From Eledone cirrhosa (lineage: Eukaryota), in assembly GCA_964016885.1 (NCBI GenBank), contig OZ024740.1, forward strand, positions 118,730,001 to 118,794,000: DNA of 64,000 bases, written 5' to 3'. Below the pieces are notes generated by a model. The model ran no database searches, was not told the origin of the DNA, and worked only from the letters and a program-made list of their open reading frames with translations. Position 1 is the stretch's first letter. Each line of letters opens with the position of its first letter. Shown here one piece after another: positions 48,995 through 62,440 of the stretch. The position numbers were made by a program, and so were the translations under genes.

Positions 48995-50720
48995 ACACAT
49001 ACAAGGTAAGCAGAGAATACCTTCTCTAAATCTTTTAACATTTAGAGGTGAATTTCGAAGCTGAACAGTCTCTAAGCCATTTCAAAATCCTCAGTTTGCT
49101 CAAGAAGTTCTATGAATTTCGATGCAATAGTATCAGCCAGTGTTTCCCGTTTTATCCTATAAACCTATATCCTTCTTTGGTGTCAATCTCCTTTATCATC
49201 TCATCCGTTGGTACATCAATTCCTTTGCTTTTCTTCAATTTACCTCTCCTCAAAACTAAGACTCCACATTTATTAACACAAAATTCCATACATATATTAT
49301 TGCTGAAAATACGAACAGTGTAAACAAGTACATCCAGCTCATTTTTGCTCTTACTGAATAGTTTTAGATCATCCATGAAGAGGAGTTGGTTGATGGTAAA
49401 CTCTCTTCTTTCCAGTTCATATTCTGTCTTCACTCTTCACAATATGAGGGACATGATTTTCACTCCTCCCAAGGATTCTCCCCCATGATGTTAATTCCGT
49501 GTCCGAGGTTTTTATGCTATATTATTTAATAGCAGTCTGATGTTGTCTGCCACCTTGAAGATTTTCAGACACTTGATTATCCAAGAATGAGGATCCATGT
49601 CGAAAACCAGTATGCCTCCTCTTGCAGTTCCTTATTATCATCTTGTCATTAAGTCACTAATATTTTGTACCATAGGACGTCTTTCAGCATCCTTTCTGTT
49701 CCTCTGGCAATAAGTTGTTTATGTTGAGGTGGTAGTATATTTCCTCAAACCAAATATTTGTTAGTAATTTCTACATCATGGACAGACATGGGATAGGCCT
49801 ATAACTGGTAACACCATTTCCCTTGACTTGGTCTTTCATTATTAGAATTGTGGTAATACACTGGGATAATTGCTGGCCTTGTGCCAAAAGTAGAAACAAT
49901 TATTAGAATTGTGGTACTGACACCAAGAAGTCATTGAACATGGCCGTCAGTATCAGGTGGAGAGATGTTATATTTTTAGACAAATATTCCTTGCATACCA
50001 TTTGGGCCTGGTGATTTCCAGTTGACTAATTTATTGGCCTGCTTTTTAAGGGTTCAACCTAGATACTCAAATCAGTTTGTTTGTGTGCTTGTTCATTAAC
50101 CTCTTTTTTAACAGTCTAGTTCACTCTGCTCAAATATTATGCTCAACATCCTGATCCCATATCTCTCTCCAAAATGTGTTGGTCTGTTCAGCCACAAGGA
50201 TAGCATTGTTGCCTTTTTTCTTTCCCTTCAACCTGTTCTAATAGCATCTTCTGCTTGTTGTAGAACATACAGTTTTGTCTAATGATTAACTCTGCTTTCA
50301 TATCTATTGACTTTTTGCTCTTTTGGCTATGAAATGTTGTTTTAGTTTCTCTATTATAATATTTAATCCTTTTTGCTTTGCGTTGTATTTCCTTGACAAT
50401 CTATCCTTAGTATCAACGTTTTGTAATGTCCCATTTAACAAAGACTCAAGTTTTCCAATGTCCTTTCTTATTTCCTTGATTTGACCATTCAACCAGTTCT
50501 TCCGCCAAGGTTCTGTCCTTTCTCATCTGTTTTCCCTCGTTTTGATAACAAACAACTTTTTCATCACATTTGTGGCTGTTGTTGCATTGATGAAGATTTC
50601 TCGCCTCTATGTATGGGACAACCTTGTTTACCTTAGCTATAGTTTCTTTTAACTTTTTCAGCTACTAATCTTAGATTCATAGTTTTTTCCACTATCATTA
50701 TTCATTTCATCATTAAATTC
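48995..50720 (-). mobile_element. Decayed R4/Dong-like non-LTR retrotransposon, N-terminal and RT region
   Basis: IKEIRKDIGKL..., NWKSPGP, SYRPIPC, INQLLFMDDLKLFSK...MEFCVNKC. Confidence 0.8.
49856..49901 (+). mobile_element. 5'-truncated SINE family A
   Basis: Tail only; 15 bp TSD ATTAGAATTGTGGTA. Confidence 0.85.
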
Positions 50721-52509
50721 AGAGTATCAACGAAATCTTGCCCTAGCTCATCAGTGTTCATTTTCTCAATTGGTAATAGTTCATTTAATCCAATGGTAAT
50801 AACATGTGCAAAAGCTTCTTTTGACTAGTCCTGCAATCTACATAACTGTACAAATCAGAATTGGTAAACCTCCAGTGTAATTGACTAAAATTCTCCACCT
50901 CATCTTCGTCCTTCAAAATATGTGGCTTTGTACCTTATTTAGAAATCAGTACCATGAACTAATTGCAGGTTACTATTGTAATCAGATGTCCTGCATGATA
51001 TACAAGAGCTTATTTGTCTTATTAAGTTAGACACTTCTTATGAGATTGAAGAAGGTAGTGGGAAGTTTGAATTTTGATGTAAGTTGAACATGCTACAGCT
51101 TAGTGCCTCTCATTATAGTTTTAAGTTTTTAAAATCTTCTATTGTAATTTTCAACAAGAATCCTTAAAGCTTTATGTAGCTTAGAGCCTTATAAAGTCAA
51201 ATTTCTGCACTCAATATTGGAAATAAATGCTCAGTATATTCTTTGTAAGTGATCATGAAATCAGCAGGATCAATATGAGTCTATTTACTCTGCGATACTG
51301 TCATCAATATAAAACAGTAGAGAAAAACAACACATTGTAATGAAAACAAATGAGAAACAAGATGATAATTAAATGCTACTACTCTAGCGCTAAATGATAT
51401 TCTAGTTAAAAAAAAGTTATTTAATTATCTTTACTTGTACATGACATGTGCCATTGGTGATGATACAGTTCACTTGTCTCTGAGAATGTTAATGTTTATG
51501 ACAGTGAAATTTCTGATTACATTAATCATTACAGTCCAAATGAAACAAATACAAAGCCACAATTATATAAACAAAATAACAAACAATTCACATTTCCTTT
51601 TTTATACAAGAGAACAAAATATAAAGAATATAATAAAAATGATGCTATCTCTATTGATAGCATTCATTATTTATATTGTAATTTATTTTGTAACAGTTGC
51701 AGAAATTAGCTTCTAATAATACTACAACAACAAAGCCTATAACATACATAGGTCAATGTATGTTATACAGATTAGAGTATTTCTATGCATAACAAGACAG
51801 AATGTAATAAATTGTGATGAAATATAATGTGGAATGATCTAATAAGTAAAATTGAATGAGTTTGGGAAATAATTATGAAGGATATTCATAGCAAACTACA
51901 ATAGACTTTAAGATCAGGAATTAGTTAACTAAGTCCAGGGCCAGATTTATCAGGGGTCAGTGGGAGTGAATGCATTTGGTCATCCTCTCTGAACAGCACC
52001 CCTTTTTAGAAAGGGTCCCCACTTCAAACGGTGCTCCTGCTGCCTTTTCATCAATGATGGTTCTATGATAGAAAGCTATTTGTCATCATCATGATCATTA
52101 GATATCCATTTTTCCTGCTAGCATTGATTGGACAGGTGTCAATAATTACTTCATCAGAGCCACATGTCACCTGTATATGTTTCAGCAACCTGCAAAATGC
52201 TTTGCATCTTATCATGGTACCAGCACAAGGAGGGCGTCTGGAATTTGACACAAATGAAGAGTCCTCGATAGCCTTTTCTTGTCAAATTTTCAATGGCTGA
52301 ATGTCATTCTTATCACCAACCACTTTACATATAAATAATTACTTATTTAAGCCCAAGAACAATTATATTGGGCCGGTATTTAAAAGGTACTTTGTTTTAT
52401 TGACTCCATAAGTATGAAAAGCAATAAAATGACCTCTGTGAGATTTGTACTCACAACGTAAAGACCTAGAACAAATAATGATAAGCATTGTCCTTTTCAC
52501 CTCTGAATG

Positions 52510-52568
52510 ATTGTTGTTGTTGTTGTTGTTGTTGTTCTTCTTCTTCTTCTTCTTCTTCTTCTTCTTCA
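52510..52568. repeat. (TTG)n(TTC)n microsatellite
   Basis: Direct reading. Confidence 0.95.
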
Positions 52569-52848
52569 ACCACCACCACCACTGCCAGCATCACTATCAT
52601 TATCATTACAACTGCTTTCAATGCCAGCATAGGTTGTTATGATCAATCAGTTTTTATTTGGAGCTGTTGATGAATATTCAAAAACTTGCTATATAATTAT
52701 ATATTATGCTCCCAGAGCAAAACAATTTTTTATGCTTCTCTCTGTCTGCCTACAGGAACATATTTACCATCCTTCAAAGTTAAGCACATATGTGAATCTT
52801 CATTTGTCTATAATAGCCATATTATTAAAAGGGAAAAGCAGGTATAAA

Positions 52849-53030
52849 ATAATTGTTTCTACTTTTGGCACAAGACCAGCAATTATCCAAGTGTATTACT
52901 GGTACTTTATTTTATCGACCCCGTAGGCAAAGTTAGCCTTGGCGGGATTTGAACTCAGTCCGTAAAGGGACGTAACTGTGCTGCAAAGCATGGCGCCCGA
53001 TCTTCTACCGATACTGCCAATCCACCGCCC
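52849..53030 (-). mobile_element. SINE family A
   Basis: Full-length with a small deletion; ~19 bp TSD AAAGCAGGTATAAAATAAT. Confidence 0.9.
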
Positions 53031-54221
53031 TCGATACACCCAATCCAAAGCAGGTATAAAATAATGAAACATAGCTGCAAAGTAACTTGTGAATACTTAT
53101 TCAAATTATATTTCTTTACATATACTTCTCTTAGCATAAAGTAGTTTGAAGTATTTGTAATATTGTTCCTGGTGCAGAACATTACCAGTTTTTTTCAGAT
53201 TTTACTGCTTTACTATATTCCCTTACATTTGACTTAACTGTAAAAGATAGACACTATTCACATTTCATTGTTGAGTATGTTGCATTAAGAAGAGAATCAA
53301 AAAATACTCTAAGATTCTATTCAACTGTCTATATCACAATCTAATCCACTTGAGTGGCTTATTTAAAAACTATGTTCAGTAAACATTGTGGAAAGACAAA
53401 TTATCATCTACAACATTCTATTTTCTATTTCAGATTTTCTTTAAAGAATATTATCAAATACTATCTGAAAAATAATATCTGAAATTCACAAGTTCCTGCA
53501 ACCTTTTAGTCCACACAATCAAGAAATACAAACCATTACTTAAGTTTTTAAATATTTTTTTAGTATAACAATTCTAGGGTATAATGTAGATAATAAACAT
53601 ACCTTTAGTCTCAATATGAGTGTATTGAGCTTCAATACTAAGGATGCTGTAATATGATCGCAACTTAAAATACTGACAATAAGACTAAATAAGTGTTTAT
53701 TATAAACATATGCTATGGCAGTGCTAACTAGATAATCTACATGTTTTGAGTTGGTTTCATCTCTTATATTTTCAAAACTGATTAAGACAGTAGAGCATTG
53801 AATGGGCTGATATAAATTATCAGAAATGATCATCATCATTCACCATCAGTTTTTCCTGCTAGCAAAGGTTTGACATGCTGTTTTAGACTAAGTCAGTATT
53901 TAGACAGAGCTACTAATCTCTTGGTGAATGCATCACACTTACATATGTTCCTGCTCTCTACATGCAGATGGTACATTATATCATGACACTATCACTAGGG
54001 AGGTTGAAACAACTGATGTATCACTTTTTGGCATGATTTCTACAGCTAGATGCATTTCTTGTCACCAGCCATGTACAAGGTGCATACATTTAAATTATCA
54101 GATATGGTCGAGCTTCAAAAAAATTCTATACAGTGTTTCATATTATTCCATTTTGTTTGTTGTAAAAGCTAGCCATACATGAATTCGTTTTTCTTTATAC
54201 TTAACAAGGAAGATATACTTG

Positions 54222-54482
54222 TGAAGGCACATAGCTTAGTAGTTACAGCAATGGGCTTACAATCATCAGGTTGTGAGTTGATTCCTGGACTGGGCTGTTT
54301 GTTTTGTTTTGAGTAAGACACTTTATTTCATGTTACTACATTTTACTCAGCCTTGGACATCATCAGTGGCATGGAGATGAGAGACTGGTATGCATGGCTG
54401 ACTGCTGGTCTTTCAGGCAAAACAACTTACCCAGACTTGCATGGGAACTTTCTAGGTTAAAAGCCCATGGTCATTTGTGACC
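54222..54482 (+). mobile_element. tRNA-derived SINE family B, decayed
   Basis: GGCACATAGCTTAGTAGTTA...GTGAGTTGATTCC...TTGAGTAAGACACTTTATTTCA; relatives at 58827 and 61635. Confidence 0.7.
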
Positions 54483-56127
54483 TATACTTGTGTCGAATTT
54501 ACAAGTTTTGAATTTGTGCCTAGTCAAACGAAATCTTGATTAACAAAGAACCTCAAAATGCAAAGCATTACATTTATATAGCAATTTCAAATCCTTCTCT
54601 AGCCCCTGAATATTCATTTAATTGCTATTTTATTTTTAGCTTATGAAACCTAGAAATTTAAAAGGCATGCCCAAGAAAAAAATCAATATAAACTAACATT
54701 TTCTATAATTCTATTTTAGAGTATTGTAAATGTTTCCATTTACAAGAATCTTATGATAATAAGGGTCAGCTAAACTGCAGTTAACTTTAATCATTTTATG
54801 GACAAAATGCTTTTTTTCTGACAACCATTAGACCTAAGCATTAATCATAAAGAATCCCCAAATACAAACATATAAATGATAAATTACACAATTCACTTTA
54901 GTCATTTGGGAAGGAGAATTATGTTTAATAAAGCCTTTGTAAGATTTTATTTTAGTCTCAATAGATAATATGCACACTTTTAAAGGAAAAAAAGGTCTCC
55001 TAATTTATTATATTTTTTGTTTCAGATGAAAAGAAATATGCAGTACATTATCAATATTGTTATAAATGTAAGTAAAAATATTTATTGAAGTCATAAAAAA
55101 CAGAAACTGCAAATGTTTTAAAGAGCCCAAATGTCTCATAAGGACCATCAACAAAACAATGGATTTATGGCATCAGACAAATAAAAGAGAAATCCCTTCT
55201 TGGATAGTTTTTCATGATATTACAAGTAGTATTCAATAACTTGCAACATTTTATAAAGAGATTTTACATGCAAAACAGAGTTTTTAGCAACTAGTGATGG
55301 TCTGCATGAGCAAAAATCTAAATAAAATTCACGAATATGAATAAATTTTTGTCATTGTGCACACAATAATTCTTTTAAAATGTTTTCTGACAGTGCTGAT
55401 GTACTATCTGAAATTTCCTTTTATCTCAGTAGAAAAAGAAATAAAACATTAAAATTCACATCTTCATGGTGGCATAAACATTTATTCATACTTGTTTTTC
55501 TGCAAGTAGGTTACTCAGAATTAAAGGTGATGGCTACCAACACAACAAAATTGCTTACAGTGAAATGGAACCTTTTTCATAAATACCATTCTTCACATAA
55601 TTTATATAAGACAATCCTTAATATAAACTAATGTGATAACACTGTGTGCCTACACAACTTGCTTTCTACTGAGTAAAAATTTTAGACTGAAACTCATATT
55701 TGTCTGCACTGAGAAATATCAATAGTGTTCACACTAAAAATATAAAACACTCCGAATTATGATGGCAATGCTTCAGGACAAGTCTAAAATGTGTGAATTC
55801 AACAGATGAGACTTGATTATTTATATAAATAAAATATAGTCACAATTTGACTGCAGGGTCTTTATAAAAAGAAAAGTAAAAGAGATAAAACCAAAAGATT
55901 GTGTGTATTATATGCTTATCTTTCTTTTGCAGAGATAATGAAATAATTGCAAATATGAATATAAAACAATTATTAAAATTGTTTTCTTTCATATGATGAA
56001 GGTAAAAGAGCAGGCTTTACCACGTTCTCAATATAAATTCAATTAAATTCCTATTCTTCAGTGAAATTGAGTATGAATTTGTGAATATTTTAATATGAGT
56101 CACACACACGCACGCACACATATATAT

Positions 56128-56420
56128 ATGTTGTTATATTTCGAGAGGGTCATGTTATAATGTTGCCAGAAATATATAATAAAACACTCACTGTTTGGTT
56201 TAGGTTGGTTTTCACTTCCATATATTTTATATTCCGATAGTTAATTTAGCTGGGAATCAATGATTATCATTGATTGACCAGCAGTTAGAAATATTGATAT
56301 ACATATATATATATAGTCTCTCAGAGTTCTTTCGTCACACACCTGTGACATCATCAATGATACTATTATGTTTCCTCCCGTTGTATTGCTGTAATGTTTA
56401 CTTATTCTATCTTATTTATC
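56128..56420 (-). mobile_element. Neptune-like PLE 3' remnant with hammerhead (56321-56360)
   Basis: tca-TTGATGA-t gtcaca ggtg tgtgac-GAAA-gaac-TC-tga (C3 changed to U); tail resembles 18209-18270. Confidence 0.75.
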
Positions 56421-56442
56421 TAATATATATATAATATAATAT

Positions 56443-56806
56443 ATCAAAAGCTTGTATTGAGTTAGAAACTCAAAATAGTCTCATTACAGCAAATTAGCTC
56501 TAGGAAAAAGGTTTTTCTGAGCCGTATATAACTGAACAAAATTGAAAAACGAACACAGACATATATATATATGTGTTCAAATCGTAATGGACCAAAATCG
56601 CTAAGGTGAAAAAAATACTAACTACAGACAATAGGGTTTGCTGGACTCAATCTAAGAATATATTAAGAAAAATAAATACAAACCAGTATTGTGGTAACTA
56701 CCATAACCCAGACGGTCTTTGATAGAACCGTTTCGCAATATTATTTGTGAAGAGATATACCAAATTCCAGTCTCATCAGTGGGTGAAGAAGTTTTGTTCA
56801 GTTATA
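56443..56806 (-). mobile_element. Non-coding hammerhead-bearing module in (TA)n
   Basis: HHR, ~180 nt body and tail; short inverted arm at 56791-56806 matching 56525-56541. Confidence 0.78.
56706..56784 (-). ncRNA. Type I hammerhead ribozyme with extended stem III
   Basis: accca-CTGATGA-g...c-GAAA-cggt tctatcaaag accg-TC-tgggt; stems I and III perfect, stem II degenerate. Confidence 0.75.
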
Positions 56807-57107
56807 ATATAATATAATATATATATAATATAATTGTTTCTACTTTTGGCACAAGGCCAGCAATACCCCAGTATATTACTGGTACTTTATTTTATAATAT
56901 ATATATAATATAATATAATATATATATATACATATATATAAATCAGGATAGAACCAGTTTGAAACCAGTTAGATCATTACTCGACAGAGCACTTAATACT
57001 TGGGGTTGTAGAGTATGGCTATATTATTATAAAGAGGTGGGACCCGATGTCTGAGCTCTTGTCATTTCAACAGTTAGTTTCAGATTTAACTATATGTCTG
57101 CACACAT

Positions 57108-57140
<33 letters not shown>

Positions 57141-57424
57141 AACGGAAAAATGAAACAAAATTTCTTTTCTCACTCTTAGTACAGCTGTTACTTAAATATA
57201 AGTATGTATACGTACATACATATATGTATACAGACGTACAGTAGTATGTATATATGTACATACATGCACACATATATATATTTACGTATGGATTTACCGC
57301 ACATTTATTATAATGCTTCGGTGTGTTTGTAAACAAACATACCGAATTAAGCCGTACAGTGTTTAGCAACCATCGTTGCTCATTTGTTCAACACTGACAA
57401 TATATATATATATATATATGTATG

Positions 57425-58558
57425 TAAAAGGTAAACAGAAATAACAAAACAAATGGCGCAGTATATGGAAGAAATATATTAGTTGAATGCTTGAAATAAC
57501 AAGAAGAGAGTCTTCATAACGTTTCGGACTCTAGTCCTTCATCAGATGATCAAATTAGAAATAGAAGATAAATAGAAAATAAAGATTAATAAGAGGAAGG
57601 AACAGGGAAAATGAGAACAAAAATTTGGGACATAAAAAAACACATGTGCGTAATCAGTCGGCCATCTTCTAACTTGTTAATTTGTGTTTGAGATACAACG
57701 CCATGGGACTTGGAGACTAGAGCAGAATGCTCTCATTCTATTGTACAGTGATTGAAGACTGAATTCCTCTAATAAGGAAACATGTAGTACAGAGATCAAG
57801 TCCAACTACCTTCACGGATGAACATGAGATTTGTTAATTGAAATAACAAAACTTAGTTTGACTGCGAACTGAAGGCTCTTAAATTCAAATGAAACAATAT
57901 GCAGGTATGAGAGGAATTTTTAGAATAACGGCATTTTATTCAATATTGTAAACAAATAAATATCAATATCCAAAAGGAATTTGTATTAATCTCTATGTGT
58001 ATGCAGTGTAAATTAACCAAATATAAGCAAAAGTATTAACTGCTAATTTAACGGTTTGAGAATATAAGTATAAAGGAACAGACACACATACATTCATACA
58101 AAATATACTTATAAAAAACCCACACAGTCATACATTCAATACAGCGTTTAGTTTTGTCAGTTGTCACAAAAATGTATCTATACTCACACACATATACTTG
58201 TCAGTTATCACATACATATGTGTAGATGTGTGTGTGTTTAATTTTCTGTGTATCTGATTAAATATTTATGTGAACATGTGTGTGTATGTAACTTACCACA
58301 GCCTAATGTACTTAATGATTGAGTAAACACACACACCTTCACAGACACACTCATCAACAAAATGTGATGTTGCCGTATTATAAACTTATAGTTTACTATA
58401 GTAGAATATTTTAGTATAAAATGTTATATTGTTTTAATGAAAATAAAAATTACATGTTGTTCATCTAATATAAGGGTGTATATCGGCATGAATTAGTAGT
58501 AAGGGAAGCTGCTAATGATCAAGAGAAAGCGATAGGAATCTAGGGGTGTGATACCTTT
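57425..58558 (-). mobile_element. Probable PLE 3' non-coding region ending in a hammerhead
   Basis: ~1.1 kb bounded by (TA)n on both sides, with the HHR about 90 nt from the 3' end; no recognisable ORF. Confidence 0.5.
57514..57549 (-). ncRNA. Minimal type I hammerhead ribozyme
   Basis: tcat-CTGATGA-a ggac taga gtcc-GAAA-cg-TT-atga; palindromic AACGTT stem III typical of PLE hammerheads. Confidence 0.88.
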
Positions 58559-58826
58559 TACATACATACATATATATACATATATATATATATTACCGAT
58601 GGGTGAAGAAGTGCCAGGAAATACCAGTTGAAGGAAGACGTGGTAGAGGTATACCACGAAAAACATGGGCGGAGGTGGTGAGAACAGACCTCAGATCGCT
58701 GAAGCTCATGGTGGAGATGACGAAGGACCGTGATAAGTGAAGAGATGCTGTGCTGAATAAGACCCATCCCACCCTTGCAAGCAGGGAAAAGCGGACGTAA
58801 AATGATGATTATGTTGATGATGAGAT

Positions 58827-58968
58827 GGAGGCACATGGCTTAGTGGTTAGAGCATTGGCCTTGCAATCGAAAGGTTGTGAGTTCAATTCTCAGACCGGAT
58901 GATGTGTTTTTCCTTGAGCAAGACACTTTATTTCACATTGCTCCAGTTTACTCAGCTGTAGAAATTAG
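58827..58968 (+). mobile_element. tRNA-derived SINE family B
   Basis: A box TGGCTTAGTGG, B box GAGTTCAATTC, core CCTTGAGCAAGACACTTTATTTCAC. Confidence 0.8.
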
Positions 58969-58994
58969 ATGATAGGACTGGGGGTCCCTATCAT

Positions 58995-59207
58995 TCCACT
59001 GTGAAGTGGTCGTAGAGGTGCCACGCCAAAAAAGCACCCATCCCACACTGTAAAGTGGACGTGTAGGTGCCACAGAAAATAAAGCACGCAGCACTCACTG
59101 TAAATGAGGTTGGTGTTAGGAAGGGCATTCAGCTGTAGAAATCAAGCCAGAATCAGTTCCTGTCCCACCTTTGCAAGCATGGAAAAGCGGACGTAAAATG
59201 ATGATGA
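58995..59207 (+). mobile_element. RTE 3' UTR fragment
   Basis: Matches 13975-14140; GAT tail. Confidence 0.85.
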
Positions 59208-60051
59208 TATATGAACAGCATCCTGCTGTAGAAACCAAGCCAGAAACAGTTCTGTATGAGCAAGACATGTTCATCTGTTCTGGTTTGTCTTACAGGTCTA
59301 ATTCTTGCTAGAGTGGAAATTAGATGTTAAATGTTGATGATGATAATGATATGTATATATATATATATATAGAATACTTATCTGTAGAAATAAGTTGTGA
59401 TGTCAATGATGCTAAGCTGTATTGGCCTTTGCTCTTCTCTTGGACAACAACGGTGGCATGGAGAGGGCAGGATGGTAGGCATGGGCAACTGCTGGCCTTC
59501 CACAAACAACTATGCCCTATATGCTCTATATACACATCATATTCCATCTGGTTTTGGTGGGGCTGATAACGTTGTTAGAACTCAATGTGTCTTTAGAAAG
59601 ATTGTTTTGAGACTAGAAATACATAGTACCCTAGTCACCACCATGCAAGTTGATACATCGATCTTCCATGATCAATCAACACTCTGAAACGATCATAAAA
59701 CAATGAACAAATTAACTATCTACCTCTGACTTCTGTCTTTTTTTTTTCATTATTCTATGTACAAACACACACACATATATATATACATATGTGTGGCTGT
59801 GCATTCTCCATCGTCAGATATTTTCCCCCTTCTACCTCTACTGTCTTGGAATAACCAAACTCTGATATTCTTCATTTCTGCACCAAATATATGACCCCCA
59901 CCTGCTTGATGCTAAAACTATCCCATTGCCAAAATATTTATAAATGCCCCAACTACTACAGCTCTGCCAGAAATTATTTTTATTGAAAAAGACACATTTC
60001 CCTGAAGAAGCTTGGAGAGATCACAAGCAGAAACTAGCTTTACTTCCTTAT

Positions 60052-60088
<37 letters not shown>

Positions 60089-60373
60089 GATAGATATAGA
60101 TATACATACAGATATGTATGAAATAAGGAGATTAAAGTAGACTGCTGGTAAGTATTGAGTGGAAAGCTTATAGTAGCCCTAAAGTGCCAATGTTTTGCTA
60201 CCTTGTAATATTGGATTTTGTACAGATGTAACGCACTCACACACTCACACACACATACATATATATGAATATGAATTTAAATTCGTATGCATATATGAAC
60301 CAGTATGAAATATACATATAACAAAGTATTTCCAAATGTATGTATATTTCACATATGCATCTGCAAAAATGCA

Positions 60374-60378
<5 letters not shown>

Positions 60379-60456
<78 letters not shown>

Positions 60457-60473
60457 GGGGAGAGAGAGAGAGA
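60379..60473. repeat. (TC)n(TA)n(GA)n compound microsatellite
   Basis: Direct reading; self-complementary arrangement. Confidence 0.9.
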
Positions 60474-60607
60474 CTTGCATGTATCACCAAAAATATATTC
60501 TTCATGTTTTGTGTTATGCTCCTAAGTGCAATATATGTCTCTAGCCATTTGAAGTACACACTTCAATGTAAAATGCATACCAGATTATATATATATATAA
60601 AACTATA

Positions 60608-60658
<51 letters not shown>

Positions 60659-61634
60659 TTTATGTTGTTTTTCTTCCTATAAGCATATCTATTCATTTTT
60701 AATGTTGACTTGGCAGATTTTAGACTCTCTGCATAGACATTACCATGCGCAGTGACATTTTTACAAATATCAACTTGCACATGGTATTAAGCAGAGAACA
60801 ATATAAGTTAAAGAGCAACTAATGTGTGCCTCATTTTCACCATTAATGACTCAAGGGAATGAAATAAATATATATTTACGCCTCATTTGTATCGATTCCA
60901 TAAAATATTTAGTGTGTGTATGGGGGGGGGGGGTATCAAAGATTTACAAAGTAATATCATTTGGCAAAATATTTTTCAGCTAATTTTACTTATTTTATGA
61001 CAGATTTTGACGCTGTATATTTTATTTTATTCTGTTAAAATGTTCAAAACCTATTTGATCCAGCAGTGAAAAATATTACAAAAAATAGTACAAAAAATAG
61101 AAATAAAGAGTCACTTTTTATCTGATTAAACGACTAACACTCTATACATCAAGAGGAAAACTATTACAACTATATTTTATTTGCTTTCAATTCTTTTTTA
61201 TTTAGCATTGTTTTTTCTTCTCCATCTTTTCAGCTTGAGTTTACATATATTTATGCAGTTAGCTATAGCTAGGATGAGTGCTAGCCAACAAGGAAACATC
61301 TATATAGATGCTGATCTTGTTAAAATAGCAACCAAACCCACTCAAATTACTCCTTAATATATCTAAAAATAAGGGCCACAATAATTACTGTCACCTTAGG
61401 TAAGACTTTCTAAAAGAGGGACAATAATCATCGGTGGAACATCTTAGATTATAGGTCCACTCTGTCAAACAAGAAAAGATATGTTGTATATTATCTGGAA
61501 TTCTCTGAACATAGGAAAAGACATGATTACCGCAATTACTTTGTATTTCATCATATGTCTGTTTCATCAATACTAACCTAGGGTTAAACAACAACAGCTA
61601 GGATGGGTAAATATTGGTATTACTGATATAGTTG

Positions 61635-61830
61635 AAAGGCATGTGACCTAATGGTTGTGGTGCTAGACTCACAATTGTTAGGTTGTGAGTTCAATTTGCA
61701 GCCCAGATGGTAAATTATGTCTTTGAACAAGACACCTTATTTCACATTGCTTCATTCAATCAGCAGCAAATATATGTTATGATGACACTGGTGCTAAGCT
61801 CTATTCATCCTTGCCTTTCCCTTGCATGGA
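61635..61830 (+). mobile_element. SINE family B, decayed
   Basis: GGTTGTGAGTTCAATT...TTTGAACAAGACACCTTATTTCACATTGCT. Confidence 0.7.
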
Positions 61831-62029
61831 TTAGAGAGCTTATGTTATGAGATTAGCCAGGTCAGATCAGGTTTCCATACCTTGCACATACAGATGTGTG
61901 TCTTAGGGTTAGTTTCTATGGCTGGATACCCTATTTAATGCCGATTCCCAGCATGAACTAGGTGGTTTTCATAATGGGACCAGAATAACCTAACATAGTG
62001 GTATATATATATATATATATATAATCACC

Positions 62030-62440
62030 CTCATCATCACCTCATTGCCATTGTACATATTTTTTATGCTGGATTGGACACGTCATCATGTTCTGAGACT
62101 AGACAGTTTGGATGACCACCAGTGCATTTGGAGATGGTTTTTACAGCTGGATACTCTTCCTAATGCCATCTAGTTTAAGGAGTGTATTGAATACATTTTA
62201 TCATGGCACAAGCAGTAGCACTTTACAGAATGCATTTATTGGAGCAGCAACTCAATGACTTTACAGAGTAGGCTGTGTACATTTATCATATCAACAACAC
62301 TACCGTTTTACAGAAAAGGATGCATGAATTTCATCATGGCACCAGCACTACCACTTTATAGAATTTACTCAGTGCATTTTATCATGGTATCAATACCACC
62401 ACTTTACAGAATGCTTTGGATGCATATTATAGCCTCACCA
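62030..62440 (-). repeat. Old RTE 3' UTR remnant with ~45 bp tandem units
   Basis: Repeated CATTTTATCATGGCACCAGCACTACCACTTTACAGAA-like unit next to CAGCTGGATACTCTTCCTAATGCC. Confidence 0.65.

Noticed and set aside
51936-52045. CAGGGCCAGATTTA transposon-terminus-like sequence
   Set aside because: No matching second terminus or TSD found.
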